A stretch of 62,802 nucleotides of DNA, filler included, from Choristocarpus tenellus KU-1152 (GCA_964200185.2; 11 parts of 11 records of this genome joined end to end with filler, not necessarily neighbours in it), one strand, 5' to 3'. Shown: positions 24,771-39,194, counted from the whole stretch's first letter. Program-made: numbers and translations. Notes: generated by a model from the letters alone, not told the origin.

Positions 24771-27700
24771 GGTGTGATCAGAGCTACATACAGTAACCAA
24801 TTGCAGTCCAAGCAGTAGCTAGCCACCACTATTGATAGAAGTAAAACTGTGCATGGTTCACGTCAAATAAGACTCGTCTCGTCCTGTGCTAAGGTGTTGA
24901 CAGAGTTGGTGCACTCATTTCAGTTTGTTCTAAGATCGTCTGATCATCTGTGTTGGCCACCTTGAGCGTCCAACTTATATGCAGACCCTGTCGTTACACA
25001 AAAAAAAAATTACAACCCATGTGCAGCACTTCCTGCTACTACACAATACTTTCACTGAGACACTTCCACTTGGCACGCCAAGAGCCCTCAAAATCCACCT
25101 CACGTGAAAGGAAGGTTCTAGACCTTGAAGTCCTAGTGGTTGCAATCAGGGTCGGCACCCATCAGGGCACTAACCAACCAATGTGGTCAGCGTTTCGCTC
25201 TACAAGAGTCTTAATCAATATTATTTTTGCACACTATTGTAATGTTTCTATCAGTGCAGAAAGTCCCCTACCTACCCACCTACCCAACCACGGGACACAT
25301 GGATCTGCTACAGGGCGCTCTGGAGTCATGCATCTAGNNNNNNNNNNNNNNNNNNNNNNNNNNNNNNNNNNNNNNNNNNNNTTAATTAATTAANNNNNNN
25401 NNNNNNNNNNNNNNNNNNNNNNNNNNNNNNNNNNNNNGAATCCTCGAGGTGTAAGGGGTGAAGGATTGGGGCAAGGGTTCCAACACCCGGGTGCGCTGGG
25501 GTTTCAGGGGGGGGGGGAGGGGGGGACCGCAGCTTCATTCCGCATGTCAAGAACAGTATGTCAATTGACATTTCTAATCTCTTTCATAACACTTTGTGTG
25601 ACTAGAACATCAATCTATAAGTGAAACATGTCAATTTTATTACATCTGTAAATTTATGTTCTATTAGAGTAATATTATCACACTATGGATTCTCATCTCC
25701 ATCTAATTCTGTACCATGATCTATAAAGATATTTTACAATAATTACACTGCCGAGTAAATCGTAGGCAATAGATAATAGTTTGTAAGGAATATGGTAAGT
25801 GTAGAGTCGATGTTATCAATAATATCATAACCTCTCATGATGGATTTTTTTGTCGTGACAAATACCAGAGAAGAAACAAATATCTTCAAAACTAGACCTC
25901 TCATCTGGAAAAATCATTGTTATTTTAAGCTCATCAAAATCGACTTTGCCCCCATTATGCCTTGACAGACCTCATAGCCAGACGGATATGTTTTTAATGT
26001 CCTCAGGTATAATACGATAATCCAGAATTTTTGTTGGGCATAAGTACTACTCAAAATTACTCACCTTTTTGTTCTTGCAATGCCACTCCACCAGTACCTT
26101 CCAATTTTCAATGCAAATCATAGGAAATATTATATTCCTCATGGCCAGTTAACCTGTGAAATAGATATATTTTGCTTACTAGAATTATAAGTTTGATTTT
26201 ATGCATGCAATTCAATTAAACTGAGTATAGTAGTTTTTTGTGTACCTTGAAACAGAGGTATTCTATGAAAAGTCAATTATCATCTCATCCACCATTTGTT
26301 GATTTAACCAGACCTTAAATAGTTTTTTGAGCAAGTATGCACTATGCCATGTTGAACTTGATTATTTCTGTGGCTAACTTTGTTCAAGAATTACAAATCT
26401 AAATTTTACTATCCCTAGCCCTAACTCTAACCCTATCATTTTTCTTACTCTCAGACTATATATGTTACAAGGTTTAATACGAAGAAACTCATGTGCTATA
26501 TAAATACCACTACATGGTTTGATTTACCAGACAAGAACATGCAATAGCTAGAGCATCTAATTCACCAAAGCATATTGAATCATTTTCCAGAAATAGCTGT
26601 TTTAACCCTATGTGTTACCTACCCTTTTTCTTCATGGCCGACTCCAACAATGTTTTTTTCGTTGGGTTATATTGCTAAAAAAGTAAAGTTTGGTTTTCTA
26701 ATTATTGTCATTACTGCACATCAAAGCATATCTAGTTTTAATGAAGAAACTGGTATTTATGTTGATGGATATTTCTTCCATGGCAATTACTATGAGTTTA
26801 TATGTACTAGTTAGGTCAATAGAACGTGGTCTATGTAATTGATTAACTCTGCTAGTCTAAGATGGAGTTGAGCGTTTGGATTGGTTTTGATAACTCCAAT
26901 ATCTGTATAGGTGATTTTAAGAGTGTTTTGATTAATTACACCGCACCCTAGATATGAATATATTATCGGGTTTTAGGATGTTGACTCACATTCCACACGC
27001 CAGATATGTAGAGAAAGATGGAATGTAAGTGTGTGTGTGTTGGGAACAACTTCCTTTGGGAGCTGAAAACTAAACGGAAGAATCCGAGCGTGCAGACTCA
27101 TGCAATGAGTATTGCACACACTGTCTCGTCTTCAGCATTGATTACCCTTATATACATGCAACCTCTCCGATTACTGTTCATGATGCGTTTATAGCATACA
27201 AGGTGCTTGCTTCAGTATCAGATGTATATGAATATATTCGTACCTAGAGCAAGATTTGTTCCACATACCAAGAGAGTAAATGCACCATCAATAAAAAAAA
27301 TGGGTTTTTTCGTAACACACTTGATGCTGCTGAGACATCTCCATATGAAACAGTTGTGCATGATTGCTTTTCACCCTGTTGTTGTGAATGGCAATACAAT
27401 TGCTTCAGTACCTTACGTATATCAATTTGTCTTTACGGATAGGGGTGTCAATGTACGAGAACACTTCACACGTTAAGAGTAATGTGTGTACATTTGTGTG
27501 ATTGAAAAGTCTGAACTCAACTGTAAAATGTAGACATCGTAAACGCAGCTTTCATTCTGTAGCATCTCTTGACACTCACTCTGGTGGCCTCTCCAGTGCA
27601 ACAACGTCGGTCTGCAGTTCAAGCCACTTTTGAAGGGAACAAAAGCGGTTTTAAAACAATCGTGGAATAAATATCACAGTACATGAGGTACAAGACAGGA

Positions 27701-29059
27701 GATGTTAATGGTAGGATGGTGGAGACAGGTTGAGCCAGTGTAATGGTATTATCACTCAACATGGGTGGTGCTACGATTGATGCAAGCATGGATGTGGGAA
27801 CAAGAGCCGATACTGAAAATGCACAGGAGGAGAGCCAAATAGACAGACAGGTAAACACAACTTGTTTTATTTTACACGAGATACTATTAATACATGGTGC
27901 ATTCAAAAGCGGTGTGCAGAGTCCAACTTTGAATTTTTCAGTCCACCTGTGCGCTAGGAGCAGTCATTTTAGAAATTATACTACTACATAGTAGCTATCG
28001 CTAGACATGAAGTGGTGGGATATTTGTAACCATCGTCGGACGTCCCCCCTTCCCTTCTACTTGTAGATCATCTACTTGTAGCCCAATCATTTTGCGGAAC
28101 AATATTCAGGTGATTTGTTCGATTTTATGGTGCCTGATAGGGCCCTGGGCTGTGATGCTTTCATTTGCTTAGAATTAATTCCCTATTCAGTCACTATAGA
28201 GCTCAAGTTATGCTCAGACATCACAATTGTGCATCCATAATTAACGAAATCGACACCTTCTGCACCTTCAGGGCACTACTGCAGGAGTTGTATTGTGATT
28301 CACAAATCCAGTGTGACCCACAATCATGTGTGGTTCTTAGCTACAGAAAACAATTGATGGCTGGAGGATTATGCACATCCACATCCCACCTCTAACAACA
28401 AACAACATACATAGGAGGGTACAGAAACAGGTGAATTGGGAGTTCGCAAAAGAGAGTGTGAAAAGCAATCATACACAACAACGAAGATAGAATAGGTAGT
28501 GGTATATACTAATACACGCATTTCTTCACCAATCAAGGGAGTCTGTATATACTGGAAAATGTACAATGGAAAAATTAAGATAGAAGTTGTGCAACTTCGT
28601 TTATTTGGTGTGGAAATTGCTTCTTGTGAAGAAGTAAATGGACTAGTAAACGAGCTAAAAGTGACCAAAAATACAAACCCATTTGTGGAAAGCATATTTG
28701 TCTGTTATTATACCGTTATTGCCGTATGCCATATACCGGTATACCGTGGTACNNNNNNNNNNNNNNNNNNNNNNNNNNNNNNNNNNNNNNNNNNNNTTAA
28801 TTAATTAANNNNNNNNNNNNNNNNNNNNNNNNNNNNNNNNNNNNNNNNNNNNGTCGTTGGATTTGAGTTGTACATCCTGGAAGGTGAGCATTGAGGGGCG
28901 CCTGTAACACAGCTACTATTCTTGTTATTATTCACGTTAGTCTGAGGGATCCCAAGCTGGTGGTTGAGAATGTAGTCCAAAGAAGGCAACACACACTGGT
29001 TGGGAAAGGCAACAAGAACAAGAAGGGATGCAAGAAAAATCACCCCCAAAAGGTGATTG

Positions 29060-30090
29060 CAATGAGAAAGCAGCATTCAACAGACTGTGATGATGGTGGT
29101 GTTGAATACTTGGACGATCTTAGCTACTGCTTTAGCATGATGAGCCAACCAATTGAGAGGTAGGCAGATTCGGACCCTTTTACATTCTAAGCCATCTCTC
29201 TTTCCCTGTGAAATGAATACACGCTATTTCATTGCTTTTTGTGCACAATAGAGTACGCCAAATTGACATTCCCCAACTCTACATACAAAGTGACAGAAAA
29301 AAATCTTTCTGCAATTATACAAAATTACATTTTTTTGCCCTTTTTCGGGATCCTTAAAATACAACCCGGCCTACCTCTCAATAGGTTTGCCTTTGATGTA
29401 CTATATTAGCTATTAAGGCTTCCTTGGAACGCCTCACTGCCTTCAAGCTTGTTGTGGTGGCTGTCACACACTCTTAGCACTTCTGTTAGTTGTTCGCCCT
29501 GTCTTCCAATAAGATAATAAGGTGAGAGTGATCAAGATATTAATATATTACCCGTGTAGATTATCCTCGCAGACAGTGCCTGGAACTATAACTACTACTT
29601 TCGTCAGACTACACTGGAAAGGTAATACAGATAAAGAGTAATCCAATCAACTGTAGTGCCAAACTCCTAAGGTTGTCTTGGAGAAATGTCCATCAGTTCT
29701 TTCCCTGTCTATCTTGCTTTCATTTCCATCTGCGAGCTCCCCACACATCAACATCTCGGGAAGTTGTTCATCACACATGCATGGGGCAGAACCAATAAAA
29801 ACAGGAGTCTCCGCTTGTGCAGAGTCGCCTTGATACTCTCACATCTAGTGTTGACAAGGGCACCTTTGTAGGCAACCAGTACGTGATCGTTACATTTCCG
29901 ATTTTACGAAATCCAGTGCCTGGTAGGAGGAGGAATTTCTGGTCATGAGAATGAAGCTGCAGATAGATGATGGACCTGGTGGACTGTCCATGTCATACAA
30001 CCACGTATCGCAACATGAAGCGATTCACTTAGCTTTCAGTACCAGAGTAGAGCCCATTGTGTACAACTCAAGAACCTCAATCAAGAGATA
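29060..30090 (-). mobile_element. Degenerate RTE-clade LINE 3' fragment, interrupted
   Basis: YKGALVNTRCESIKATLHKRRLLF matches the RTE C-terminal motif; nucleotide similarity to 225-660. Confidence 0.65.
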
Positions 30091-33000
30091 CCCTCAAAAT
30101 TTGCTCTGATTTGCTCTTTTGGAAAAAAATGATATGAAATGGGGAGTATCTCTTGTTTGTGGCACTGTTAACGATATAAAATGTAAAATAAATAATACTA
30201 GGAAAAACAACACATTCAAAGGGAGAAGACAACAAACATTATGGCACAATGAAGACTGGGAAGGAAGAGGAAATGCCACGAAAAGAATGCAACAAACACA
30301 ACAACAGAAAGGACTACTACTACTATTATCATACATCAGAAACACCAACGACAGAGGTATTGTGTATGCGAAACAATTGAAGATAACAAAATGAAAAGTA
30401 ATTCCTCAATTTCAAATTTATTGAGGTGAGAGATGATCAATAGGATTAAGAGAAGAAATCCACCTCTCCTTCTCTCAAGATGTATGTGGAAATCCCACCT
30501 TTTTGGGGATATTTTAAATGCCTGCTACACCGAATTAGCATGTACCAATAACCTTCTATCACAGATCCATCGAAGTTCAATGCAATCGTTCTTAGGTTCG
30601 CAACGAAAGTTCTTGTTCCTGGGACATATATTTTCGGATATGTAAGAGTAAGGAAGCGTGATTTTTAAAAAATGTTACTTTCTGTCCTTAAATAAATTTG
30701 TAAAAATACAAAATAATGTCAAAGAAGGGAATATACGAATAGTAAATTGTTACAAGAAGTAATTCTTTGGGTCAAGTTTTGTCAAGTCCGCAAAAAGTAA
30801 GAATGTTTTATATTTCTTGGGTAGAATACGACAAAAGATCCCATACAAAAGACTACTATTAATTCCAACATTTAAGGTTCTAAGAATAGCATAATAGAAT
30901 AGTAATATATATTATTCTTGCTTGCTCTATTTTCTCTCCACCCTCACTCAACCAAGGAATTTTCAAAACTTCATCAATAAAGACCCCCCACATACAGGTA
31001 TATCTATATTTTTCCTCTACCCCCAATAAACAACAATCACTTGCAAAATGATTGTATTCTCAATCTAGAAACAGTCATTTTCAAAAATGATAATGTTTAA
31101 TATTATTATTAATATTGTCTATAACAGTTGTGGAAGGGATAGTGCATGTGTTCTCTAAAAAGTAGTGGAAAGAGAAAGCAAATACCACTTAAGAAAATGC
31201 ACCAACGACTGATTTCTGACCAATAACCAAACGGAACTTTGCAAGAATTACCCCGATATATGTGTAATTCAACATTTTTTCTGAGGTGAATCGATAAGGT
31301 AGAAGGTTTTGACCAATGTTGTTTCCATAAAAAATATTCATTACAGTTCCACCAAGGGAAGAGGAAGTGAGAGCTTTTCCACAAAACTATTTTTTTTCCG
31401 AATCAAGATATTGACGTTCTTGGATCTCTCTATTTGCAATCCCTATTACAAGAGAAGTAGATGATGAGAGGACAATCACATTGAGGGTGGTAGGTGGAAC
31501 TTTTAGTGACGAAGTAATCGACCTCTCCCACTTACACATATACAACACTAGGGAAGTTCGAGTCTGTGTGTGAGGTTTCTACACGAGTTCATGAGAAGTT
31601 GGGGGGTTGGGTTCTAGCGATGTTTTCATCTGCCACAACTTCCGGGATCCACATCTCAAGGGAGAACAACACAAATATGCACAGGCGCACAATCCCTTCC
31701 TCCCCAACATCGACAGTGTCATTGCTGACATTATTTTCCTCTCAGCTAAAGGTCAGAAGAGTGTTTTTCGGGGAGCGATTGATTTGCCTATGTTCCATAC
31801 CACACCGAAATGGCTTGGGCTTCCTGTTCCTATTGACTTTGAATCGTGAGTACCTGTGATCTATATGGCACCTTCGCCGATTATATTTGATCCTAATACA
31901 TGCTCGCATGACACGATCGATTATGTTTGTTAACAACATACTTGTTCTGTAACACAGACCCATCAATCTATACCCAGGAAGTTGGCATGGTGGTGCTCCT
32001 CCATACCTCCGTGGGTACTACCGCAGAAGGCAAACTGTGTTTAGAGGACTGTTCGAAGGAAGAAGACGACGCATACGATGGAGGGACGAGACTTGTGGTT
32101 GAGGCAAAGTCAGCGTGAGCGATGGTTTGATGGCTAACTCTAGTCGTGGTGTCGTTGGAAGTCCATAAAGACATCGTTGTTTATTTGTTTAGGGACATTT
32201 GTGTTGTGTGAGGGAATCACAGCGAGTGAAGACATGTGTCGCAATTATTGGTCCCGTGGACATATTTTCTCTTTGTATCACCTTCCTTACATTCTCGAGG
32301 TTCGGCATTTGTTGCCTGGAATTGCTGAGGCAGGGGTGGAGTCGTTGCGGAGAAATACATGTAGTAAACGTTGTGCCTCTCGATCAGACTGTCTTTAAAC
32401 GCCCTCCAAATTCCCTATTGATTTCTCTCCTGGGTTCATATTCAAAGCCATCTCAATTTCCTAGTTCGTCTCACCGTCTATATTCACTTGTACCCCACTA
32501 TCGTTCAACTCGATCGATTGCCGATTCTCGCTATGGGGCGATCAATCAAGTCTCGTATGTATCTTTTTCTGGTTAGAAGATCTTCAGAGATATGTATCAT
32601 TTGATGTTTGTCCTGACGTTTGCCATCCTCTGATACATACCTCCCCAGCTTCGGTTGCGATGATGTATCCTTTCCCCCCATCCGCCCCTTCTCGTGTTCC
32701 GTGCTTACTTGTAGAGGCATGATGGGGGGCTTGATGGGAGGAATGTTCAAGAAGAGTTTCCGACATAGCTTTGCCCCTGGAGACCTCGAGCGATCACAGG
32801 GAACCCACACACTTCGCCTCCTGAGGTCCATCAACTCTATGAGCAAGGGTGTGTTTTCTTGGTGTATCACAAAGGTTTCTCAAATCGTGTAGGCACTGCA
32901 TTAAACCCTAAATTTTCCTGAACACTTCACGTTCCTGAGCTCAACTGTTGGACAAAGACGATTGCAGGATAAGGTTGCGCCCTAGCCATAGCCCAAGAGA

Positions 33001-33573
33001 TGGACAAAATGCCGATGTCAATGAAAGGGGAAATGCAAAAGGGAAAGGGAAGGTTAAGGGGAAAAATTCTGGGGAAAGATTGCCCGAAACAGTGCGATTT
33101 CATTATTGAAGGTGGTGTAGGACCCCCACCAAGGAATGGTGTGCGTAAGGGCGCAGAAACAGAACCCTTTTTTATTTTTTGTAGGTGGTACGATATTGTG
33201 GTGGGTGGAAATATGTTTTGTGTATGTTTTATCCAGCTTGTCTTCTGAGACCCTCTGATGAAAAACAGAAAAATAATATTTCCTCCTTTCCCATAAAAGC
33301 TACAACCACGAGAAAGTTGTAACAAGCTTCGTCTTACTAATGGATTCAGTACCATGGGTGAGAGAGGCGGTTGGTGGAAACACCTTCGAATTCTCCAAAT
33401 GAACACATACGGTGGAAAAACTCCAGTATGGGCCTGGTAGGAATTTTCATTCTCAGATGTGACTTGCTGTATACTAGTAGTGCTTACTTTTCATTTCTTT
33501 TTTGTAGTCACTGTGATCCACATATTTTGTGTGTGCGTGGGTGTGCGTTTGTGTATTAAAAAAAATGTACCAG

Positions 33574-34991
33574 GCGAGCGATCAGTCAAGGACGACTTGA
33601 TGTCAAGGAGCTTCAGCCTCGTAAGACGCCATCCTGCCCCGGCCACAGTGGACTTGACATTCCATACTGTCGAGGACTGTCAGCAAATCAAAGACTGGGT
33701 GGATGCCAAGTGGTCTGTTGCCAAGTGAGTCTAGACACAGCTCACCACTGGGAGGGTGAAGGGACTGCTTAGAAACAGGGAGAGGCAGGGCGTGTAATCG
33801 CCTCTTGAGTTCTTGAAAATAATTTCCGTTGGCTTTGTGGGATTGAGGTGAATGCAGTCTTCTGTAATTGCTCTTTGTGCAAAAGTAAATGACGCTTTTT
33901 TGTATGTTGAAAATGTCCCTCCCCCTAAAAACTATTGACCTGCTCGGGCATATTCCTAGCTATAACCAAACTCATCTCGATGTCCGCCNNNNNNNNNNTT
34001 TTTTTTTTTTGCAAACCCCCCCCCCCCCCCAACCCCCTTCCCCCCCCGCGCCACATCCCTGTCCCTCCCCCCCCCCCCCCCCCCCCCACCCCTCTCGAAA
34101 AGGAGTGTTTTTTAATGAGTCACTTGTATACGAGTCTTGAAGACTGCACTACAACTGGACCAATTGTTCTTTGTGTGAGGAGGTTGTAGGTACTGGCAGA
34201 TGTGACTGAACCCTACAGTGGTCGGTTTACATCACAGAGTTGTGTGGAATGCTCCAATGAATAATACCATGTGTACTTAAAATGACCTCATGTATTTTTT
34301 CTTTATGAAAACAGATAATTTTGTAATACTCCCTCTGTCCCGAAAGTCTGGGCCGCTCTGTTGTAGCTCTTCGGGATGACCTCCGATTACAAAACGGTCT
34401 TTTGCGTTGGATTCCTTGAAGTATGTTATGTTAAAAAAGCTGAATTTCAAAATAGTTCTGTTCTGAAATGGTTCCAAGAGAATGGAAACACAGAATGGGG
34501 CAAAGGAGTGTTGTCTACTTGGTCCAATATCGTTAGTATTTCGGAGTGAGAAGATCCCCAAGAAATGAACGCGACTCGAAAAAAAAAATTTAGAAAAAAA
34601 AGAGTTCCGAGTGAACGAATCCAAAAAATTATTTTTTTTCAATCCAATTCTTGCTCATTTCCACCATCAAATCTCATTTTTTCTTTTTTTCTTTATTATT
34701 TTATTATTATTTTTTTCCATCTCCCTTGGCGATACAGGCTCCAGAGGTCGTTCCGCATGAACAGCATCACGGCGAAAGCCATGCGGGGGCTCAACATATC
34801 CAGCACAACTATTGGAGATTTTGAAGATGAAGAACATGACGGTGTGGCGATGAAGGACAAATTGGGGGAGTTGTCGAGCACTGGGCGTTTGCTCCCGTCC
34901 TTGCAGGAGCTGCCCCCGATGAAAGAGGAGGAGAGGACCAAGTACATGACCATGCTGAGGAGTGGGATCTTCGTCCAGCAGCATGACCAAG
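33574..34991 (+). CDS. Partial gene, two exons (33574-33724, 34738-34991), probable tandem PH-domain protein
   Basis: AG/GT-bounded exons with compatible phase (AA|G = Lys); RSFSLV...TVDLTFHTVEDCQQIKDWV resembles a PH C-terminal strand and helix; MLRSGIFVQQH resembles a PH N-terminus; GC-rich codons. Confidence 0.6.
34329..34460. mobile_element. Stowaway/mariner-type element end inside an intron
   Basis: TA|CTCCCTCTGTCCC terminus; partner end not identified. Confidence 0.45.
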
Positions 34992-36059
34992 GTGGGGGGG
35001 GTGCCAGACACGTGATATATGTATATATATATATTTTAAGTTTTGATTTGGGGACGTGAACAGGGTCGATCATGATTTGGTTGTCGGAATGGGGTGCGTG
35101 TCGTGTACAATGCGAAGGTGATGAGAGACATGTGACAGTTACATATGGGCTTTTTTAGCTGATTCCGTGAGGGATCAAATTCATACTTTAAGACCGGCCA
35201 GCTGACAGACTCCCCCCTGTATTTGATTGTTCGAGTACAGTCTCCAGTTTGTTGGGAAAGGAGGGGCACCCTACCGGATAGTGGATGTCCCTTTTTTTTT
35301 ACCTGNNNNNNNNNNGGGGAGGTGGGAGGGATGGTATATTAAGTGCTAGTCGTAGTCGTTTTTTCGCCGAAGTAGTAAGAACGGCCTCTGGCGTAAGAGG
35401 GTTAAGAATGGGCATGTAAGCTGTAGTATTATTAGGTATGTAACTGTCACGGGGTGACCAGTCACGTGTTTTTACTGTGTGTTCAGTTTAAATTTTGAAA
35501 TGCTCCAGCGACAGTTTAAATATTCTGCTGACTAGTATAGTGTGTTTCAGCTATTTAAAAACTGTTCTGCCTTGAACCCGAACCCTAAATTTGCGTACAT
35601 TTCTTCGTCACCCTAACCCTAGCATCAAAAAAATAGATGTTCACTTAGAATAAAATACTGAATGTGGACTGGCTGTGTGTGTGTGTGGGGGGGTGGGGGG
35701 CGGGGGTTAATAGGGAGGATGAGTAGCATTCAGCGGTTACCACGCCTGCTCAGGCTCAGACCTCCAAAGGGNNNNNNNNNNNNNNNNNNNNNNNNNNNNN
35801 NNNNNNNNNNNNNNNTTAATTAATTAANNNNNNNNNNNNNNNNNNNNNNNNNNNNNNNNNNNNNNNNNNNNCCCCCCCCAGATACTTTAACCCTGGCCTG
35901 TCCACTGGCAATGATTCCTTGGTGTACAATTACTGACATAGCATTACACTGATCTGTGCGGTATATTATCACAACTTACTGTTGAACCCTGCATGGCTAC
36001 AGTGTTAAAAAATATATTGCTTCCTCCAGGATTTACAGATGCAACTCAGTACCATCAGT

Positions 36060-36400
36060 ACCATTAACTAGTGTTGACCGTTAGCCCGTCCACAAGTAAT
36101 GTTTGATTAGTTTTAACCTTACCACCTCGTGGTGGAAATTTTTGGCACCTCAGTAAGCAAGCAGAAAGTTTTCTAGATGAGTTGGCTACGCAAGCGGTAG
36201 GGGGGAGAGGGGCGGGAGGCTACAGCAGGAAAGGAGCTTTCAAATCCCGTTTATGACACATAGTGTTTGCCACAATACAAGTGGCTCTACCAAGACGTGT
36301 CATGCGCTTTAAGCTGGAGACACAAGGGAAATCATCGACGAGGGGCCTGGGAGATTCTCGGGGTGCTTCCCTAGCTCCTCACCCTGTGGTATAGGGATAA
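36060..36400 (+). mobile_element. 3' fragment of a CRE-like (restriction-like endonuclease) non-LTR retrotransposon
   Basis: PLVVEIFG..KQAESFLDELATQAVGG...KGAFKSRL.HIVFATIQVALPRRVMRFKL across frameshifts matches the C-terminus of RLE-type elements. Confidence 0.6.
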
Positions 36401-37469
36401 GCTAGGCTGGAGGCATAGGATGGAAGTGGTGTAGCATAGCTGGTAGTCAGATAGTAAATAGATTATCGAAAGATATATTTCACATTTACGACAACTGTTT
36501 CTATAACAGAGGTTCTTATAATATTGAATTGAGTTTTCATTGGCTTTTCCCCAGACACATCTCCAAAATATCAGAGGGCATAATAATATAATTAGTTAGC
36601 AAGTATCCACATCACATGCATACTGCCCTGCGCGGTATATTATCATGACTTACCGTTACACTTCCGATGGTTCGTAGTAATTGTGACACACCTGGTACAT
36701 GTTCTTCAACATAAACTCAGTCAGCACGTGACATACATGTCGACTAAGAATTAGACCTGGGCCTCCTTTTCTTTTTTCTCATAGATCAAACCCTCGTATC
36801 TCGTTATACTATTTTTTATTGGAAGGTGTTGCTCCCTCTTCTGACTCCTAGTTCACTCTGCAATAAGCTTACCTCTGACCACACCTGAAAGGGATATATA
36901 CAGAGTCAATGCATCCACAAGGCTCTACTCAGACCATCATCACTATCCTGGACCACAGCACTGGATAATGTTGTATTCCACAGTATCCAGTCAGCCTCTT
37001 CACAGAGAATATCACAAGCATCACCTATAATTTCAACACAGTACTTCAGTGCACTAGGTCACCTCTTCGTTACAAGAATTCAAGCCTCTATACAGAACAC
37101 ACACCAGAACGACTGATTCATACAATTCAAGGTTTTAACAGTTTCTGAGCCTCACACGATTCCCTCCGTCTTGACAAAGTTAACAGAAGTGCCTGAGGCA
37201 CTTAAAAAAATAAGGTTTCCATTCATTATTGGAGGTTATATTGGCCAATCAGAAGCCACCTCCATTCCGACCCTTCCGATTTCGTAGACTTTGTAATGCA
37301 TTAAAGTTTATTAATGATAAATGTGTCCTTTGTCCCCTGATAGTGGGGTGCCTATCAATACTACAATGCCTCCTAAAATGTTGTTCACTACAAAGAAATG
37401 TGTACACTGTTACGCTTCTAACCAATCTTAGCCCTACAAAGGTGGGTTAGGGGGTAAGAAGGATCCCAA

Positions 37470-38530
37470 GAATCTGCTAGTGCCCTTCTTGCCCATCTTC
37501 CCTTCGTTTCTGGGTTGAAACGGATGGCTTTTCTTGAGAGAGCTACTCGTGCCAGAACAGACACTATCTATCTGTTTCAAATGGACCATGACAGCCCCTT
37601 TCCTGCCATAACCCCCAGTATCTCTAGCCCCTGCTACATGGTTGGTCAACTCATCCAGGAAACTCTCCGCTTACTTGCTGAAGAGCCCAAAAATTTCCGC
37701 TGTGAAAGTGTTGAGATTAACCTATGGTGGTCAAAAGATCTCTCAAAGTGGGTGGACTTTCACGCCTCGGTTGCAGCAGCAGCTACATCGTCGCTGGTGG
37801 ATGAATATTGCAAGGGACAGGCTGTTTGCTTGGACCTCTCCAAAAGCAACATCCAGAACGATGCCTTTGTCCTAGTGGGGAGCCGAACGAGCGTCTAGAA
37901 GTGGCTCAGCATGGAGCACCACATCCACACGGAAGCTCCTCTCCACTGTAATCGGACTGGCACCCACCATGATGCAAGGAATACCCATTACTCTGCAGAG
38001 ATGTTGGCCTTTTACCATAGGCTTATGTTGGCACCTTTTCCTCTCGCCCAAAGGTACGTGTGGGCATTTTCAGGAGTAAACATTGCGCCTCCTGCAACTG
38101 GCCATCAGGCACCTGTTGGATAGGCCCTCCTCCCTCCCTAAAAAGCTCGTGGCAGTGGAGCTAAATTGCACAGGAGGTATCTAGCGTACTATTTCTAAGG
38201 GTTGTGAGGAGGTCCATGAATTGACCCCTTGTCCACACTGGCTCTGGAGGCGGACAAGCACCAGCGAAGGACTTCCCTCCCTTGTTGCTACCATGTAACA
38301 CCCCCCCCAGTCCTGGCAGTCTGTGTCGTCTGTCAATTTTGGTGGTTGGGCCTCCGACCTCTGACCTTGCCTGTGGCAAACAACAGGTCCACCCGACCCT
38401 GAATTTCGAGAAGAACCTGACCTCCAGCTTTTGCTGACTGCTGGTGCTAACTCTGTTTGAACTGTCGTCACTATCTTGGAAACCAAGGTCTTGCCCACAA
38501 TGGGTTTGACATTTCTGACTTCGGTCGGTG
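37470..38530 (+). pseudogene. Disrupted ORF of unknown product
   Basis: In-frame ORFs 37515-37898 and 37911-38123 separated by one stop; no motif recognised. Confidence 0.3.
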
Positions 38531-39194
38531 ACCCATAGTATCTTAGAGGGGTGTGTGTGTTCATACCAGGTTGTGTACTTGGGGCTTGATTGGGTTTTGT
38601 AAGATACCCCAGTTGCTACAGCACACTCCAAAGCTTACCTCGATGGGATGTATAGCTTCAGTCCACAAGCCTATAGATGACACTGATGCCTGTACAGGAC
38701 TCCCGAGGTACGCCGACAATCAAAGGTCCAGCAAGGATGATGAATATCAGGCCAGCAGATGAAGGTATACTCTTAATCAATGGAAATATACAACATAGAA
38801 AAAGAGTGGTAGCATGAGTGTTGTCATCCATTAATCTATTTCGAGTTTGCAGATGCCGTAATACATCTGAAAACCATTCCTTTATTCCAAGTTACAGATC
38901 TTACTCTGCAACTTTAGCAAATCGGACTTCCCCATTTTGGGGCTCCGCGCGCAGGTTGACTGCTCGCACTGGTTAGACCAGGAGAAGAAATTTTGGGGTG
39001 TTCGCCTGTAACTCAGATACTCGTTTTGCGGATTAATTTCCTTCAGGTTTGGTTCAGGCATGGGGGTGAAAAAGGAAGGTGTGCTCAGAGAACGGAAATT
39101 GCCCTTACATATCTGACACGTTCACTCAGATGGCATTAAAATCACTACAGGCCCTGAATGGACGCCTTTCCCCCCCTCTAGGATACTTTGAACC
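38530..39194. mobile_element. Longer (about 665 bp) member of the CAAAGTATCT TIR family
   Basis: GACCCATAGTATCTTAGAGGGG ... CCCCTCTAGGATACTTTGAACC inverted ends. Confidence 0.6.

Noticed and set aside
33340-33400. tRNA or SINE suggested by TTCGAAT
   Set aside because: No cloverleaf or convincing A box.
35385-35404. piggyBac-like end (GAGGG-TTAA)
   Set aside because: No matching opposite end or transposase is visible.
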